DNA from: Malacoraja senta
Taxonomy: Eukaryota
Length of the DNA stretch: 64,000 nt
Assembly (NCBI GenBank): GCA_038087875.1
Contig: CM075989.1
Coordinates: forward strand, 7,194,001-7,258,000
Direction of reading: 5' to 3'
Shown here: positions 51,206-63,699 of the stretch, piece after piece
Position numbering within the stretch: position 1 is the stretch's first letter
Layout: the number at the start of each line of letters is the position of its first letter
Position numbers and translations under genes: made by a program
Notes under the pieces: generated by a model
Databases searched by the model: none
Told to the model about the DNA's origin: nothing
The model's input: the letters and a program-made list of their open reading frames with translations, nothing else

Positions 51206-52868
51206 TGCCCTTTAATTTTAATCTTCAAAGCACTTTCCACCCCCCCCCTTTTTTTTCCAAACTCTGTAATCTTTGCGTTCCTCATTAGAACAAAATGAGG
51301 TCTCCAGGAAACAGAGTTTATCATCTGGGACGATGCAGGACTTCCCTAATGTTGCACTGGAATGCTGAACTGGATTAGATGCTGTGCTTTTAACCCGTCT
51401 GACCTAGGACAAGGCAAGATGCTGCCACTTTTAGGCATCCACGATTCTTTATTTCACAGAAATATTGGAGTGTGTGGCTTATCCTCCCAATGCTGGAAGA
51501 ATAAACTACAATGACATGTCTTTTCTCATCTGCTGTGTAATTTTTAGCGCGTCATTCAGCGAGATCAAACAGATATAAATTGATATTTTGGTGGCCATGC
51601 ATGTGAGGTGGGTAATTCAGTGGGATTAGTGAATCAAGTGCTTTTTGGGCTGTGCTAGCACAGCAACATTTACAATTGCGTTTTGAGATAGACTTGTACA
51701 GATTAAAGAAACTGAACATTTTTCAGAGCCCATTTCGGTTAGAGGATAAACACTACAAACTACTTTTTATTGTTAATGGTTTTGAGTTACACAGTTGACT
51801 TGCCACTCTCACCAAACTCTCCCCAGCTGGTCCGTGAGTATTAAATGGAACCTGGCGTGTTAATCTTGCTCTGTGGGAAAGATTTTTCTGGGAGCTCATT
51901 TACAGTTCAAGGAAGCTATAATTTCTTCCCACTAAGTCTCAGACACGGTGTCTACATCGTAACATGAGAATTTAACACTTAGCTAGTTTCCCTTTGTAAA
52001 ACCTTTTTCTGCTCTAACTAATTGTAACAACAGGGCAGATGCATTTTGAAATTAGGTTGAGATTACTTTTAGACATTGTCAATATGTAATTACATTTCCC
52101 TCAAAATGTGAATAATTTTATATCTGAAAATGATGCCATGGAGATTAAATGTTTGACCAATAGCTTTTTTCACTGCTTGCCATTCCCAAACCATTCAAAT
52201 ACTGGAGGCCACGGCTTTAAGGTGAGAGGGGTAAAGTTTAATGGAGTAGTTTAGTGATACAGCGCGGAAACGGGCCCACCGAGCCGCACCGACCAGCAAT
52301 CCCGCGCATTAACGCAATCCTACACACACTACATTTACACCAAGTCAATTAACCTACAAACCTGTACGTCTTTGGAATGTGGGAGGAAACCGAAGATCTT
52401 GGAGAAAATCCACGCAGGTCACAGGGAGAACGTACAAACTCCGGACAGACAGCACCCGTAGTCGGGATTGAAGCCGGGTTTCTGGCAGTAAGTAGCTCTA
52501 CCGCTGCGCCGCTGTGCGGGGCAAACTTTCTAAAGAGGGTAGTGTGTGCCTGGAACGTGCTGCCATGAGTGGTGGTGGAGGCGGATACTATAAAGGCATT
52601 TGGAAAGGCAAGTGGATATGTAAGGAAAAGAAGGATATGGATGTTATTCAGGTAGACAAATGATGGTCTTGGCATCTCGTGTTCAGCACAGATATTGTGG
52701 GCCGAAAGGCCTGTTCTTGTGCTGCACTGTTCTATGTGCTTTGTTTCTCCCATAGACTCAAAACTCGAGCCTGAGGAAACATCATCTGACTTTCAACCCT
52801 ATTGATGCTACAGGACCTGAACTGTACGAATTGTTCCTGTTTAAATTGCTTATCTTTATGGGTTTCTT

Positions 52869-53185
52869 GAGCCCATAGAGGTGGGCTGTAGAGGCTTTGC
52901 AGGACGCTCACTCTGCAAAGTCCTCAACCAGTTGGAGATTACGGGGCTGGCAAAGAAGGGCCATTCAATCCGCAAGCGAACCCGCAGAGGAAGTCACCAG
53001 GTGGCTTTGGATTACGAGGGCTAATTGGTGTGCGGTAGCTGCTGGGACGCAAGTCGGGGCTTGATCAACCCCGGCTGCGTCGCCTGGGTGAGGGTGTCTG
53101 ATGTTGTGAGACCCGAAGCACCCGATGACCCCGGGTCACATCACTGAGGATGCGTCCCAGCGCATCTAGACGATGTATCTTTCAC
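52869..53185 (+). mobile_element. HERO-like (restriction-like endonuclease) non-LTR retrotransposon 3' remnant
   Basis: Translates EPIEVGCRGFAGRSLCKVLNQLEITGLAKK, then after a frameshift AIQSASEPAEEVTRWLWI, followed by a GC-rich 3' UTR. Confidence 0.65.
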
Positions 53186-56100
53186 ATTCGGTGTAAACCA
53201 TATCTTGGAGCGCCTTTTGCATGCTTGAAATTAATGGATTTGGCAATTTGCACATCTCGCAAACTGTTGATGCAATGGAGTCTTGATTTATTAAATAAAA
53301 CGTTTACCTTTTTTGATCTGTAAAACAACAGAAATTTGGCCCTTGAACTTCAAGTTAGGCACACCATTTGGGACACATTGAAGTGGATCCATGAGGTTCC
53401 TACTACCCATGACCTCTGCAGTTCATTGTTAGATTATTGTTAGATTATCGTACAATTCTTCAATAATGCATCCAGGATTGTAGCTTTGGTCAAAAGTAGA
53501 ACACATTAACAAGGAAGGTCTGATCAGATAATTTTATTTAAAAGCAAATTTCCAATTAACAAATTGGTCACATGTGCTGAGGTACAGTGAAATTCATTTT
53601 TGTACACAGTTCAATAAGTAAGCAATTAGATACATATTATACAAGCATCTCAGATACCATACAAGTGTATAGCAGTAGGACAGTCAGTATCTGAGTTGCC
53701 AGTTTGGCGCCTTTTTCCACGTTCCTGTTGTAAGTGAGTACCCTGACCACGAAGGTCATGTCCTGGCAGCGTTGCAGGGGTGGTCTGGCCAAGCGTAGCG
53801 GTGGTGTCCTCCACCGCTGCAGGCCGCGCCCCATCCATGTACTTGGCCTCTTGGATCGGCGCCCGTCCAGTGGGGCCCCAGGTTGTTGCAGGGTCTCCAG
53901 CGACCCTTCTCCACCGTCGAGGCCGTGCACTCGCTTCCGTCACCATCCTGTGTGCAAAGTGATCAGAAAGTGCTGTAACATCGCAGTAAATTAGGTTCAG
54001 GTTTATTATTGTCGAGTGTACTGAGGTACAGTGGGAAGCTTTTCGTTTTGGTGCTATCCATTTAAATTGGATATTGCTACATATGAATACAATCAAACGG
54101 GTACAGCAAGAAGAAAAATACCAGAGTGCAGGGTATAGTTTCTCAGCATTGTAGCATTTACAAGTGGAAAAGAGATTTAAAAAGTGTAGTCAGATGACTC
54201 GAGTCAGATGATAGTGGGCCCTCCTTGGAGACAGCGCACTACCGCCCTCTGATTAAATACAAGGCTTCCTCGTTAATGGTTTCCTGGCAATTAGCCTCAT
54301 GAAGCTCTGCTGGTTTTCACAATGCTGGTATATTTGTACTTAAATAAGGAACCAAAACAATGCACAGTACTCCAGGTTTTGAAAGAACAGAGAATTGTAA
54401 CAAATGAGTTATTGGGTGTAAGGGACGAAGGGGAGGACCCATGAAGAGTGCAAGCAGAAATTCCAAAATGGTTCCCATGATGAAGAATTGCATTTACAGA
54501 GAGAGACTGGAAAACTGACCTTGTTCTCCTTGGAGTGAAGGTGAGGGCTTGGATAGAGAAAACACAATTATACTGAGTTATTAGATGTTTAGATTAGAGA
54601 TGCAGCATGGAAACTTTGGCCCACCGAGTCTGTGTTGACCAGCAAGCAATTCCTGGACAATAGTCCTATCCTACTCACACTAGGGACAATTCACAATTTT
54701 TTTTAAATACCGAAGCCAATTAACCGAGAAACCTGTACGCCCTTGCAGTGTGGGAGGAAACCGGAGCACCCGGAGAAAACCCACGTGGTCACAGGGAGAA
54801 CGTACAAACTCCATATAGACAGTACCCATAAGTCATGATCGAACTTGGGTCTCTGGTGCTATAAGGCAGTAACTCACTAATTGCGTCGCCGTGCCACACT
54901 GATGTATATTGCACCTCATATAGGTGATGCCAAGATGGTGATATAGAGCAAACAACACACTGTGTTTACGGTTATGAAAATGATTGTTACTGCATTAATT
55001 GGAGAGCAGGATTCTTTACCTTATGTGCCACAAGATGTACATGAGAGGTGGTTACTTTGGTCCACCAACAGAGGTTGTCCCCAACATTTTAAATCTACAA
55101 GAAGATCGATTAAATTTATAATTGGTCACATTGAATACACTTTAACTTCAGGTGTATGAATACTACTTGGATGCATGGGTTTATTTTTCTTTTTTTAAAA
55201 AAAATTTCAAAGAGGAAGCAGTGTAATATATGGAAGTAAACATTTCAGAACTGAGTGTAGCACCTAGCATAATCTTGATATACTAGTACTAGTTTGAAGG
55301 GGTTTCCTTAGAAGGAATGTACTGTATTTTACCTTTGCCTGAGTGATAATAGAGAATAGGTGCAGGAGTAGGCCATTCGGCCTTTCGAGCCATTCAATGG
55401 GATCATGTCTGATCATCCCCAATCAGTACCCCGTTCCTGCCTTCTGCCCATATTCCCTGACTCCGCTATCTTTAAGAGCCCTATCTAGCTCTCTTTTGAA
55501 AGTACCGAGAGAACCGGCCTGAGGCAGAGAATCTATGAGAGTGATGATACTGGCACGTGGATATCAAGCAGACAAAACTCTCATACACCATCCATCCTCA
55601 ATCCATGTTAGAAGCTGGTTTGCTTATTCTTACTCCAGTGAGTATAAACCAACCTTTCTTGGTGTGGGAGAGATGTGGGGGATGTTGATGAAATATTTGG
55701 TATATTAGACAAATAAAGCATGCATGTGAAATATGAGATGTCCCTAATAAGTACAATAAAATCAGGACACTATTTACTCCTCTCGTTGAATGTGCAACTC
55801 AGTACTTGGTGACTAATTGCCACATTAATGGTTGAATAAGCACCCTGGTAGGAACAAAAGATTAGTGGGATGCGCAGATGGGGTGTGATGAAGCAGTGTT
55901 AGGGAGGCAAGTGTGGAGGGTAAAGGTTGATATGGACTCATTGCACTGAATATCCTGCTTCTGTCCTTCCTCTTTTTTTAAATACATTTTTGCAGCTTTG
56001 ACGTTTTAGTGTAGAACTGTCCATTTCAAGAGCAGTCCGAATCAGCACAGAGCTTCAGAAGTGGAATGTGCCTCACTAAAACTACTGGGGCATTCTTCCT

Positions 56101-56411
56101 TGAGCAGCTGTACAAGTGCAATGTTTGGTGCAGGGCAGAAGGAACTCTGTTTGTCTCTGCAAAAGAAAAGTGCAGATGTAAGGAATCTGAAATAAAAAAA
56201 ACAGGAAAGGTGAAAGCAGTTAATGTTTCAATTATCCAACCTTGCTGAGATTTTCCAGCATTTGTTTTCATATTTGGTTTGAGTGGCTAAAGTACTTTAT
56301 TTTGTAATAACTCTACCATTCTTTGAGCTCAATAAATGAAGATTTACTTAAAATGTGTAGAATGGAACTGCAGATGCTGGTGTCTGAAGAAGGGTCCCGA
56401 CCTGAAACATC

Positions 56412-57004
56412 TGTTTGAGGCAATGATTAATGATGCAAGTCAGTTTTCAAGGTGATGACTATCCCTAAAAAGGAAGATAGACACAAAAAGCTGGAGTAAC
56501 TCAGCGGGTCAGGACGCATCTCTGGAGAAAAGGAATGGGTGACATTTTGGGTCGAGACCCTTCTTCAGACCTCACATCTTAACCCGATACGTCACCCACT
56601 CCTATTCTCCAGAGATACTGCCTGACCCGCTGAGTTACTTCAGCACATTGTGTCTATGTACTAAAAATGTGTTGGCTTTTCCAGTGTATATCTCGCAGTA
56701 ACTGTTCCCTTTTAGTGATGTATAGGAAGGAACTGCAGATGCTGGCTTAAACGGAAGATAGACACAAAAAAGCTGGAGTAACTCAGCGGGTCAGGCAGCA
56801 TCTCTGGAGAATAGGAATGGGTGACGTATTGGGTTAAGATGTGAGGTCTGAAGAAGGGTCTTGACCCAAAATGTCACCCATTCCTTATGTCCAGAGATGC
56901 AGCCTGACCCGCTGAGTTGCTCCAGCTTTTTGTGTCTATCTTCCTTTTTAGGGATAGTTATCACCTTGAAAACTGACTTGCATCATTAATCATTGCCTCA
57001 AACA
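56412..57004. repeat. ~590-bp inverted duplication (arms ~56412-56657 and ~56757-57004)
   Basis: tgtttgaggcaatgattaatgatgcaagtcagttttcaaggtgat pairs with atcaccttgaaaactgacttgcatcattaatcattgcctcaaaca; inner cctcacatcttaaccc pairs with gggttaagatgtgagg. Confidence 0.9.
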
Positions 57005-59244
57005 TGAGTTTTACTTACTGCTCTGGTTAAATGAGGGGAAAGCGCTTGTTCAACTCTAAGTTCAGAAAACCCCAGAGAACATCTACAGCCAGTATTTACA
57101 TACTTGCAGAATCTACAGTGTCATGTTGCAGGAACCATGGAAACGGATGCTGTGGAGAGCTGGAATGCTCAAACTGGATAAACAGCCTTATCTCATAATT
57201 TTATTGTACTGTTACAGTGACAGCTGATCATCCTTGTGGGAGAAGAGATGTTTGGATGTGGTGCTTGTGGTAACAATTGAAGTTCTGGAAATAGAAAAAA
57301 AAAATTATTCCTCCAGCTCCTAAACTTGTTATCGGTGACATACTAATAATTTTAATCAGTTAAAATTAAAAATGTAAAAAATTCCAAAGCAGTTTCTTGT
57401 GACTTTGGCCACGGTTTGCAGAGGCTTGCTTGGATGTCAACAGTATAGCTGTCTGAAGCACTATTTGCATGCCAGCACTCTCTATCTTGGTTAATAGATT
57501 CTCCGAATCCAGGATGTGAGGGCTGGATGGGGATGTGAGAAGGGAGCCAAGGTGGGAGATTAGCTGTGACTTCAAGGGGCTAAGTGCAGGACTCCTTGTT
57601 TCTTGCCTTGACACAAGGAACTGCAGATGTTGGTTTACAAAAAAGAGACAGTGCTGGAGTAACTCAACGGGTCAGCAAGCTTTTCTAGCGAACATGCATA
57701 GGTGACGTTTCACTTCGGGACACTCAGTCTAAAGAAGATCTCCAGATATGCTGCCTGACCAGCTGAGTTACTCCAGCACTTTGTGCCTTTCCTGTTTCCC
57801 ATCCTTGCCATATTTAGATTGTGCCAGAAAGTGCAGTCTTTCCTCATTCTTCCCACCAAAATACATCACCATTTGCTTTTCTCTGCCTTGCATCTCATCA
57901 ATATCCCACGTCAAACCTAGTCCTCAGAGTTTTATCATCCTCGCCTCAGTTTGCAACACTACAGAGTTTGTGTATCTGCAAACTTCAATGATTTTGCCCT
58001 TTTAAATCTAGTTCTATGATGTATATCAAAAACAACAGAAGTCCTACTTCTCAACCTTGAGGTGGGGATGGGAGGGGGAAATATCATTGTGTCTCTTTTC
58101 CCAATCTTCAATTACCCTGACGGCCAATGTTACAAATTGGGGAAAGATATGATCCTTACTACGGGCGCTGTCCCAGCGGAGCGTGTGCATTCTTTTTGTG
58201 GCTGCGTGTGTTTTCTCAAGGTGGTCTAGTTTCCTCCCACATTCCAAACATATGCAGGTTTGTAGGTTAATTGGCTTCTGTACATTGCCCCCAGAGTGTA
58301 GGATAACTGGCAACAAGTGTGTACATGTTATCAATGGTCGTCATGGAATCTGGGCCGAAGGGACATGCTGTATCTCCAAACTAAACCTGTAACGGTAAGT
58401 AAGGGAGTCAAAGGTTAGAGGGAGAAGCCTGGAGAATGGGGTTAAGAGAGAAAAATAGATCAGAAGTGATCAAATAGACGATGGGCCGAATGGCCTAACT
58501 CTGCTTCTCTATCTTAAACTTACTATGAATCTCATCTCAATTACTTCCAAAGCTTCAACCTTCTTCCTTAAAGCAGGAGACAAATGCTGCACATAGTACT
58601 CTGGAGGTGGGCTCGCCAAATGAAGCGTAACATCACTTGTAGGTTGGTTCCACCACACTGGGTGGAAGTAAAGATTAATGAATGTCAAGGACATTTGCTT
58701 AGTCATTGTTTTGAACTCAGTTTATTACACCTTATATCCACCATCATGCCAAGTAAACTGGCAGCTTCCACTGGATGAAACCTATTCTTGTACAATCAGA
58801 TCACTGTTTACACCATTGATACCTAGCGACCGACTGACAATACTTACCTTGTGACCCTTTTGCACTCATTGTACATAGTAGTGTGTAGATAATGCCTCAT
58901 ATTATTGATAATGTTGCCCATAAGCATTTACAAGCGAAAACGTGTGCACCTTATTTACTGTGATTAGTATTATAAGACATATATTTTGATGTTTTAATGT
59001 ATTTTGTTGCATTTATATATTGGGTATTCTCCCCCTCTCCCTAGTTTCCCTTTCTGACAAAGCAAAAAATAAATTTCTAGAGGAACTTGGTGGGTTGAGC
59101 ACCATCTCATTTGGGGGGGGGGGGGGGGGAACATGATTTGTCAAAGTTTCGGCCGAAACTCTACATCAGGAGCTTGTAATAAAGTGACATGCCCTTGGGG
59201 GTTTGGTTTGGATAGGTTAGATAGTGTTTAAAATATGTGTACCT

Positions 59245-59990
59245 TAGGAAGTCAAACCAGGGCAGGACTGACATAGTCAATGGCAGGGTAGTGTTGTAGT
59301 GCAGAGGGATCTCGGAGTGCAGGTACAAAGTTCCTTCAGTGGCGTCACAGGTAGTTGGTGGTCAAGAAGGATTTTGGTACATTGGCCTTCAACAGCCATG
59401 GTATCGGGTATAGATGTTGGGATATTACATTGTAATTGTGCAAGACTTTGATGAGGCTGCATTTGGAGTATTGTGTTCAGTTTTCATAACCCTGTTATAG
59501 GAATGACATTTTTAAGCTGGAAAGAGTGCAGAAAAGATTTACGAGGCTGCTGCCATGATTTGAGGGAGTGAGGTAAACTGAGAGGCTGGGTAGGCTAGGG
59601 CGGTATTCCTTGGCTCGTAGGGTGAGGGGTGTATATGATCATGAGGGGAATAGATAGGGTTATGCACAGTGTCTTTCACCTAGAGTAGCAGAATGAAGCA
59701 CCAGAGGGCATAGGTTTAAGGTGAGAGGGGAACAATTTAATAGGAACCCGAGGGGCAACTTTTTCCACACAGGATAGTGGGTGTATGGAATGAGCTGCCT
59801 GAGGAGGTAGTTGAGGCAGGTACTATAACAACATTTAAAAGACATTTGGACAGGTACATGGATAGGAAAGGTTTGGAAGGATATGGGGGTAAATGCAAGC
59901 AGGTGGGACTAGTGCAGGTGGGGCATCTTGATCGGCATGGGCAAGTTGGGTTGGAGGGCTTGTTTCCGTGCTGTAGACTCTGACTATGAC
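59245..59990 (+). mobile_element. CR1-like LINE 3' fragment
   Basis: QRDLGVQV, LMRLHLEYCVQF and VWNELPEEVVEAGTITTFKRHLDRYM remnants plus 3' UTR. Confidence 0.85.
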
Positions 59991-60073
59991 CTGAGCAGTA
60001 CTCCAGTGCATAGCCCCAGTTTAGGGAGACTGATACTTCGAGCTGCACTGTTGCAGCAGGTGCCCTTTGGATA

Positions 60074-60168
60074 GTCTGAAGAAGGGTTTCGGCCCGAAAC
60101 GTTGCCTATTTCCTTCGCTCCATAGATGCTTCCGCACCCGCTGAGTTTCTCCAACACTTTTGTCTACC
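60074..60168 (+). mobile_element. 95-bp Penelope-derived insertion carrying a minimal hammerhead motif
   Basis: 13-bp direct repeat TGCCCTTTGGATA at 60061-60073 and 60169-60181. Confidence 0.8.
60076..60103 (+). ncRNA. Minimal type I hammerhead ribozyme motif (Penelope type)
   Basis: CUGAAGA core, A, stem II GGGU-UUCG-GCCC, GAAA, palindromic ACGU stem III and GUU cleavage triplet; stem I is very short. Confidence 0.55.
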
Positions 60169-60664
60169 TGCCCTTTGGATATGTTAGTTTTATCTCGTGA
60201 ATGGAAAACCTCCCATGGCTGTATTCCCCAAATCTACTAAACCACACGTCTGTCAAACAGTGGGTACAACAGCTGGATATCCTGGAATTGGGGATGTTCC
60301 TTATCAATGACACCCAACCTCCGTCATTTTAAAAAATCGAGCAAGTTCTGTTGCCGTTGAGTGGATTGCCCCAATCTTCAGCACTCTTGAGAGGAGCCTG
60401 CACTAATGCTGATGCAGCAGTGTAACTGATCCCACACTCTTGAGAGTTGCTGCCATAGTAACATTTATTTAATTGCAAGGTGGTTTCTCTGATGTGCTTT
60501 GTTGATCCAGAGGCAATTGGTGAAGACATATTGGACTCTGATTTCCCAAGTAAATTAAAATGTGGGATCGGTTTCCCCTGCTTGCAAAACCAATTTTGTT
60601 ATGGGGCCTCGCTTCCCTATAGTTGTTGGGAAGTTAAGCAGAGGAACTTTTCTGAATTCCTGCT

Positions 60665-61050
60665 AGTTTAGTTTATGGTCACGTGTACCGAGGTACAGTG
60701 GAAAGCTTTTTGTTGCGTGTTAGCCAGTCAACAGAAAGATTATACATGATTACAATCGAGCCATCCACAGTGTACATGAGAGTGCAAAATAAAGTCCAGC
60801 AAAGTCCGATTTAAAGATAGTCCAGGGGTCTCCAATAAGGCAGATAGTAGCACAGGACCACTCTCTAGTTGGTGATAGGATGGTTCGGTTGCCTGATCAT
60901 AGCCGAGAAGAAACTGTCCCTGAATCTGGAGGTGTGCATTTTTACTCTTCTGTACCTCTTGCCTGATGGGAGAGAGGAGGAGGAGTGACCGGGGTGAGAC
61001 TTGTCCTTCATTATGCTGGTGACCTTGCTGAGTCAGCGTGAAATGTAGTG
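60665..61050 (-). mobile_element. Rex1/Babar LINE 3' fragment
   Basis: Reverse complement of the 29780-30305 type 3' end. Confidence 0.7.
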
Positions 61051-61573
61051 TGATTGATACTCTTCAGTTGGCAGCTCTCCTGTACGGTATAATTGTTCCT
61101 CATACATCGGAGATGCAAGGAACTGCAGATGCTGGAATCTTGAATAAATAAGAAAGCTCTGGAGGAATGAGTGGAGTGGAGTGAACTCAATTGAACTTGA
61201 ATTCAGCGGGCCGTACAGCTTCTGTGGAGGGTACAGATATGCACGATTTCAGGTCGGGACCCTTCAGTCCCATCAGCTGAAACATTCCCTATTCATTCAA
61301 TTCACAGATGCTGCCAGACCTGCTAATTTACTCCAGCACGTTGTGTTTCCCTCTGAATACCGTGTTTGTTCAAACCAATGGAGGTGGCCTTGAATATTAA
61401 CAGCTGCCCATAACTATTGAGATAAAGGGTTAGGTATTTTGATCCCTTTCCTCCAGCCTCCTTGTTTTTCACCCACCCTCGTCACCATTACCTGCAGATT
61501 CGTAGTTTGTCTTTATGGGGACTCTTGTCATTTTTATTTTGACATCTCAATTTGAATTTTTTTTCTTTTCCAG

Positions 61574-61627
61574 ATTACTGTGGACTTTGGAAGAAAAACA
61601 TCATCTGACTGGTGATTTTTCCATTGA
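61574..61627 (+). other. Candidate 54-nt internal exon
   Basis: Long polypyrimidine tract plus CAG acceptor (61571-61573) and GTAAGT donor (61628-61633) in unique sequence; contains no ATG. Confidence 0.5.
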
Positions 61628-63699
61628 GTAAGTTTGCCATAAATTGTGTAAAAAATAACCACCTTCCTCTTCTAAATAATTAGCTGTGAGCTCTGTGCAT
61701 TATGTGCTCTTGGTCAATGTGCCATCCTTGCACACATCAAGTGTTTGGTCTCGAATGCTGTTGTTCTTGGTCCATATTGTGAGGATAAGCCATAGCTATT
61801 GTTTGGAAGGAGCAGTTATCAGTTTCAGTTTTGTTTCTTGTCACGTGCACCGAGGTATAGGCAACATCCTCCCCCTATCTACCCATCAAGACCCCTCTGG
61901 ATTCTGTTTCAATGCAAAAGGGCAGTGGAAATGAGCCTCGCCTGTCCAATGTTTTTCACACAAAATAATCCTCATTACAGCTATTATTTCAGCAAATCTC
62001 ATCTGAACTGCGTCCATTGCATCAACCCCCTTCTGTAAATAAGGAGACTGACGATGTACACAATGCTCTAGACGTGGGCTTGCCAACTGAAGCCGAACCC
62101 CTCCATTTGTTTTGTATTCTGTTCTGAGGGAAATGTGTGTGCAGTGGGTCAGGATGGAGAGCCTGCAGAGGGAAGAGGGGGGTATTGCTTGAATTCAGTG
62201 TGGTGCCACTGGGGTTTAGACTACCCAAGTGGAATATGAAGTGCTGTGCTTTCAGTTTGGACTTGTCACTGCACTGGCTTCTCTCCTCAAAGATAAAGGA
62301 AATGAAGGAATTGACTTGTTAAATTTGTTCTTTCGTTCTGTTTATGCTGGTGCAGAACTTGCACCGACTATTTTGCATGAGATTTAAGGAAAGGGTTATG
62401 GCGAATTTCATAAGTTAAAGGAGCAAATTTACACCATTCGGCCCATCAAGTCTACTCTGGTATTCAATCATGGTTGATCTATCTTTCCCTCTCAACCTTC
62501 TCCTCAAAACCCCTGACCCTATGCTAAACAAGAATCTGTCAATCCATGCTTTAACAATACCCAATGACTCAGCCTCCACAGTGATTTCCACAGATTCACC
62601 ACCCTGGCTTTGAATTTGCTGCCGTGCCAGCATTCTGCAGCCAAATGATGATGTGAAGTTAGCTTGCACCTCCTTGCACTTGCTCCGCTATTAATCCCCT
62701 CTGATAAAGATGGAAAATGCTGAATAGGTTTAGCAGATCAGGCAGCATGTGTGGAAAGGAAAACAGTTGTCGTTTTAGGTCTGGAACCCTTTCTCAGAAC
62801 TGGGAAAGAGGAAAAAACAAATTAGTTTCCACTTAATAAATTTGTCATGGGATTACGTCCAGCAATTATTGCTTCAAAATATCTGCTGGTTGTCAGCATA
62901 CCCAGACATTTGTCTCAATCACTTTGTCTCTAACTGATGAAGAATGGGCGAAAATGACTGCTAGATGTCTCTTGATTTGCTGTTGGGAGGATGGATGTGG
63001 TCTGGATTGTCTACTGTTTGACAATCGGCATAGATGGTTGATTGTGGTGGGGAAATGACCAAAGGATGTACCTGTGCAGCAGAAATTGAGTTCTGCCCCT
63101 TGAGCTGTGTACTTTTGTAAAATTCTTGCATTGTGTTAAACTCTTGAAAAAGTCGCACCTGGTAAACATCAATTCTGGATAGGGACCAAATTGCATTTTA
63201 GGTTTTCTTTTAGCGCGGAGCTCTTCACTAATTGATTTTTGTTTAGTCTGCATTTGTGGAGTTTATCGGTTAGCGGTTAGCTGCTGCACAGAGCTTCCAG
63301 TGAAGCTGTTATACTCCTGAAGCACACTTGTCTATTCAATTCTGTTGGGATGCAACTCTAAGGTTTGTCAACTGTTCAAGATTTCCTACATTTTCTAGTT
63401 GTCCGAACGTGCTACGAATTTAGATCATGGTTTAGTATTCTAATTGGTATGAAATAATGACAAATGGTGTCAATTAGCTGAGGTATGGATTAATGTATAG
63501 GTGTAAGAGATGTTGGCATGTGGTTAGAGAAGGTATAGTGAAACTCGATTTAAAGGGGATGTTCACTTAATACCTCTGTGCATCTTCTTAACACATTTAT
63601 CTTTTTTATCTGCGCTGGCTTTGTATTTACAAACATTTTATCCATACACCACAATACTGTTCAAACAGGGCTGGCTAACCCCCACTCCCCCCCCCCCCC

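Noticed and set aside
53090..53175. Hammerhead in the HERO-like 3' UTR (CTGATG, CTGAGGA)
   Set aside because: No correctly placed GAAA and stem arrangement could be built.
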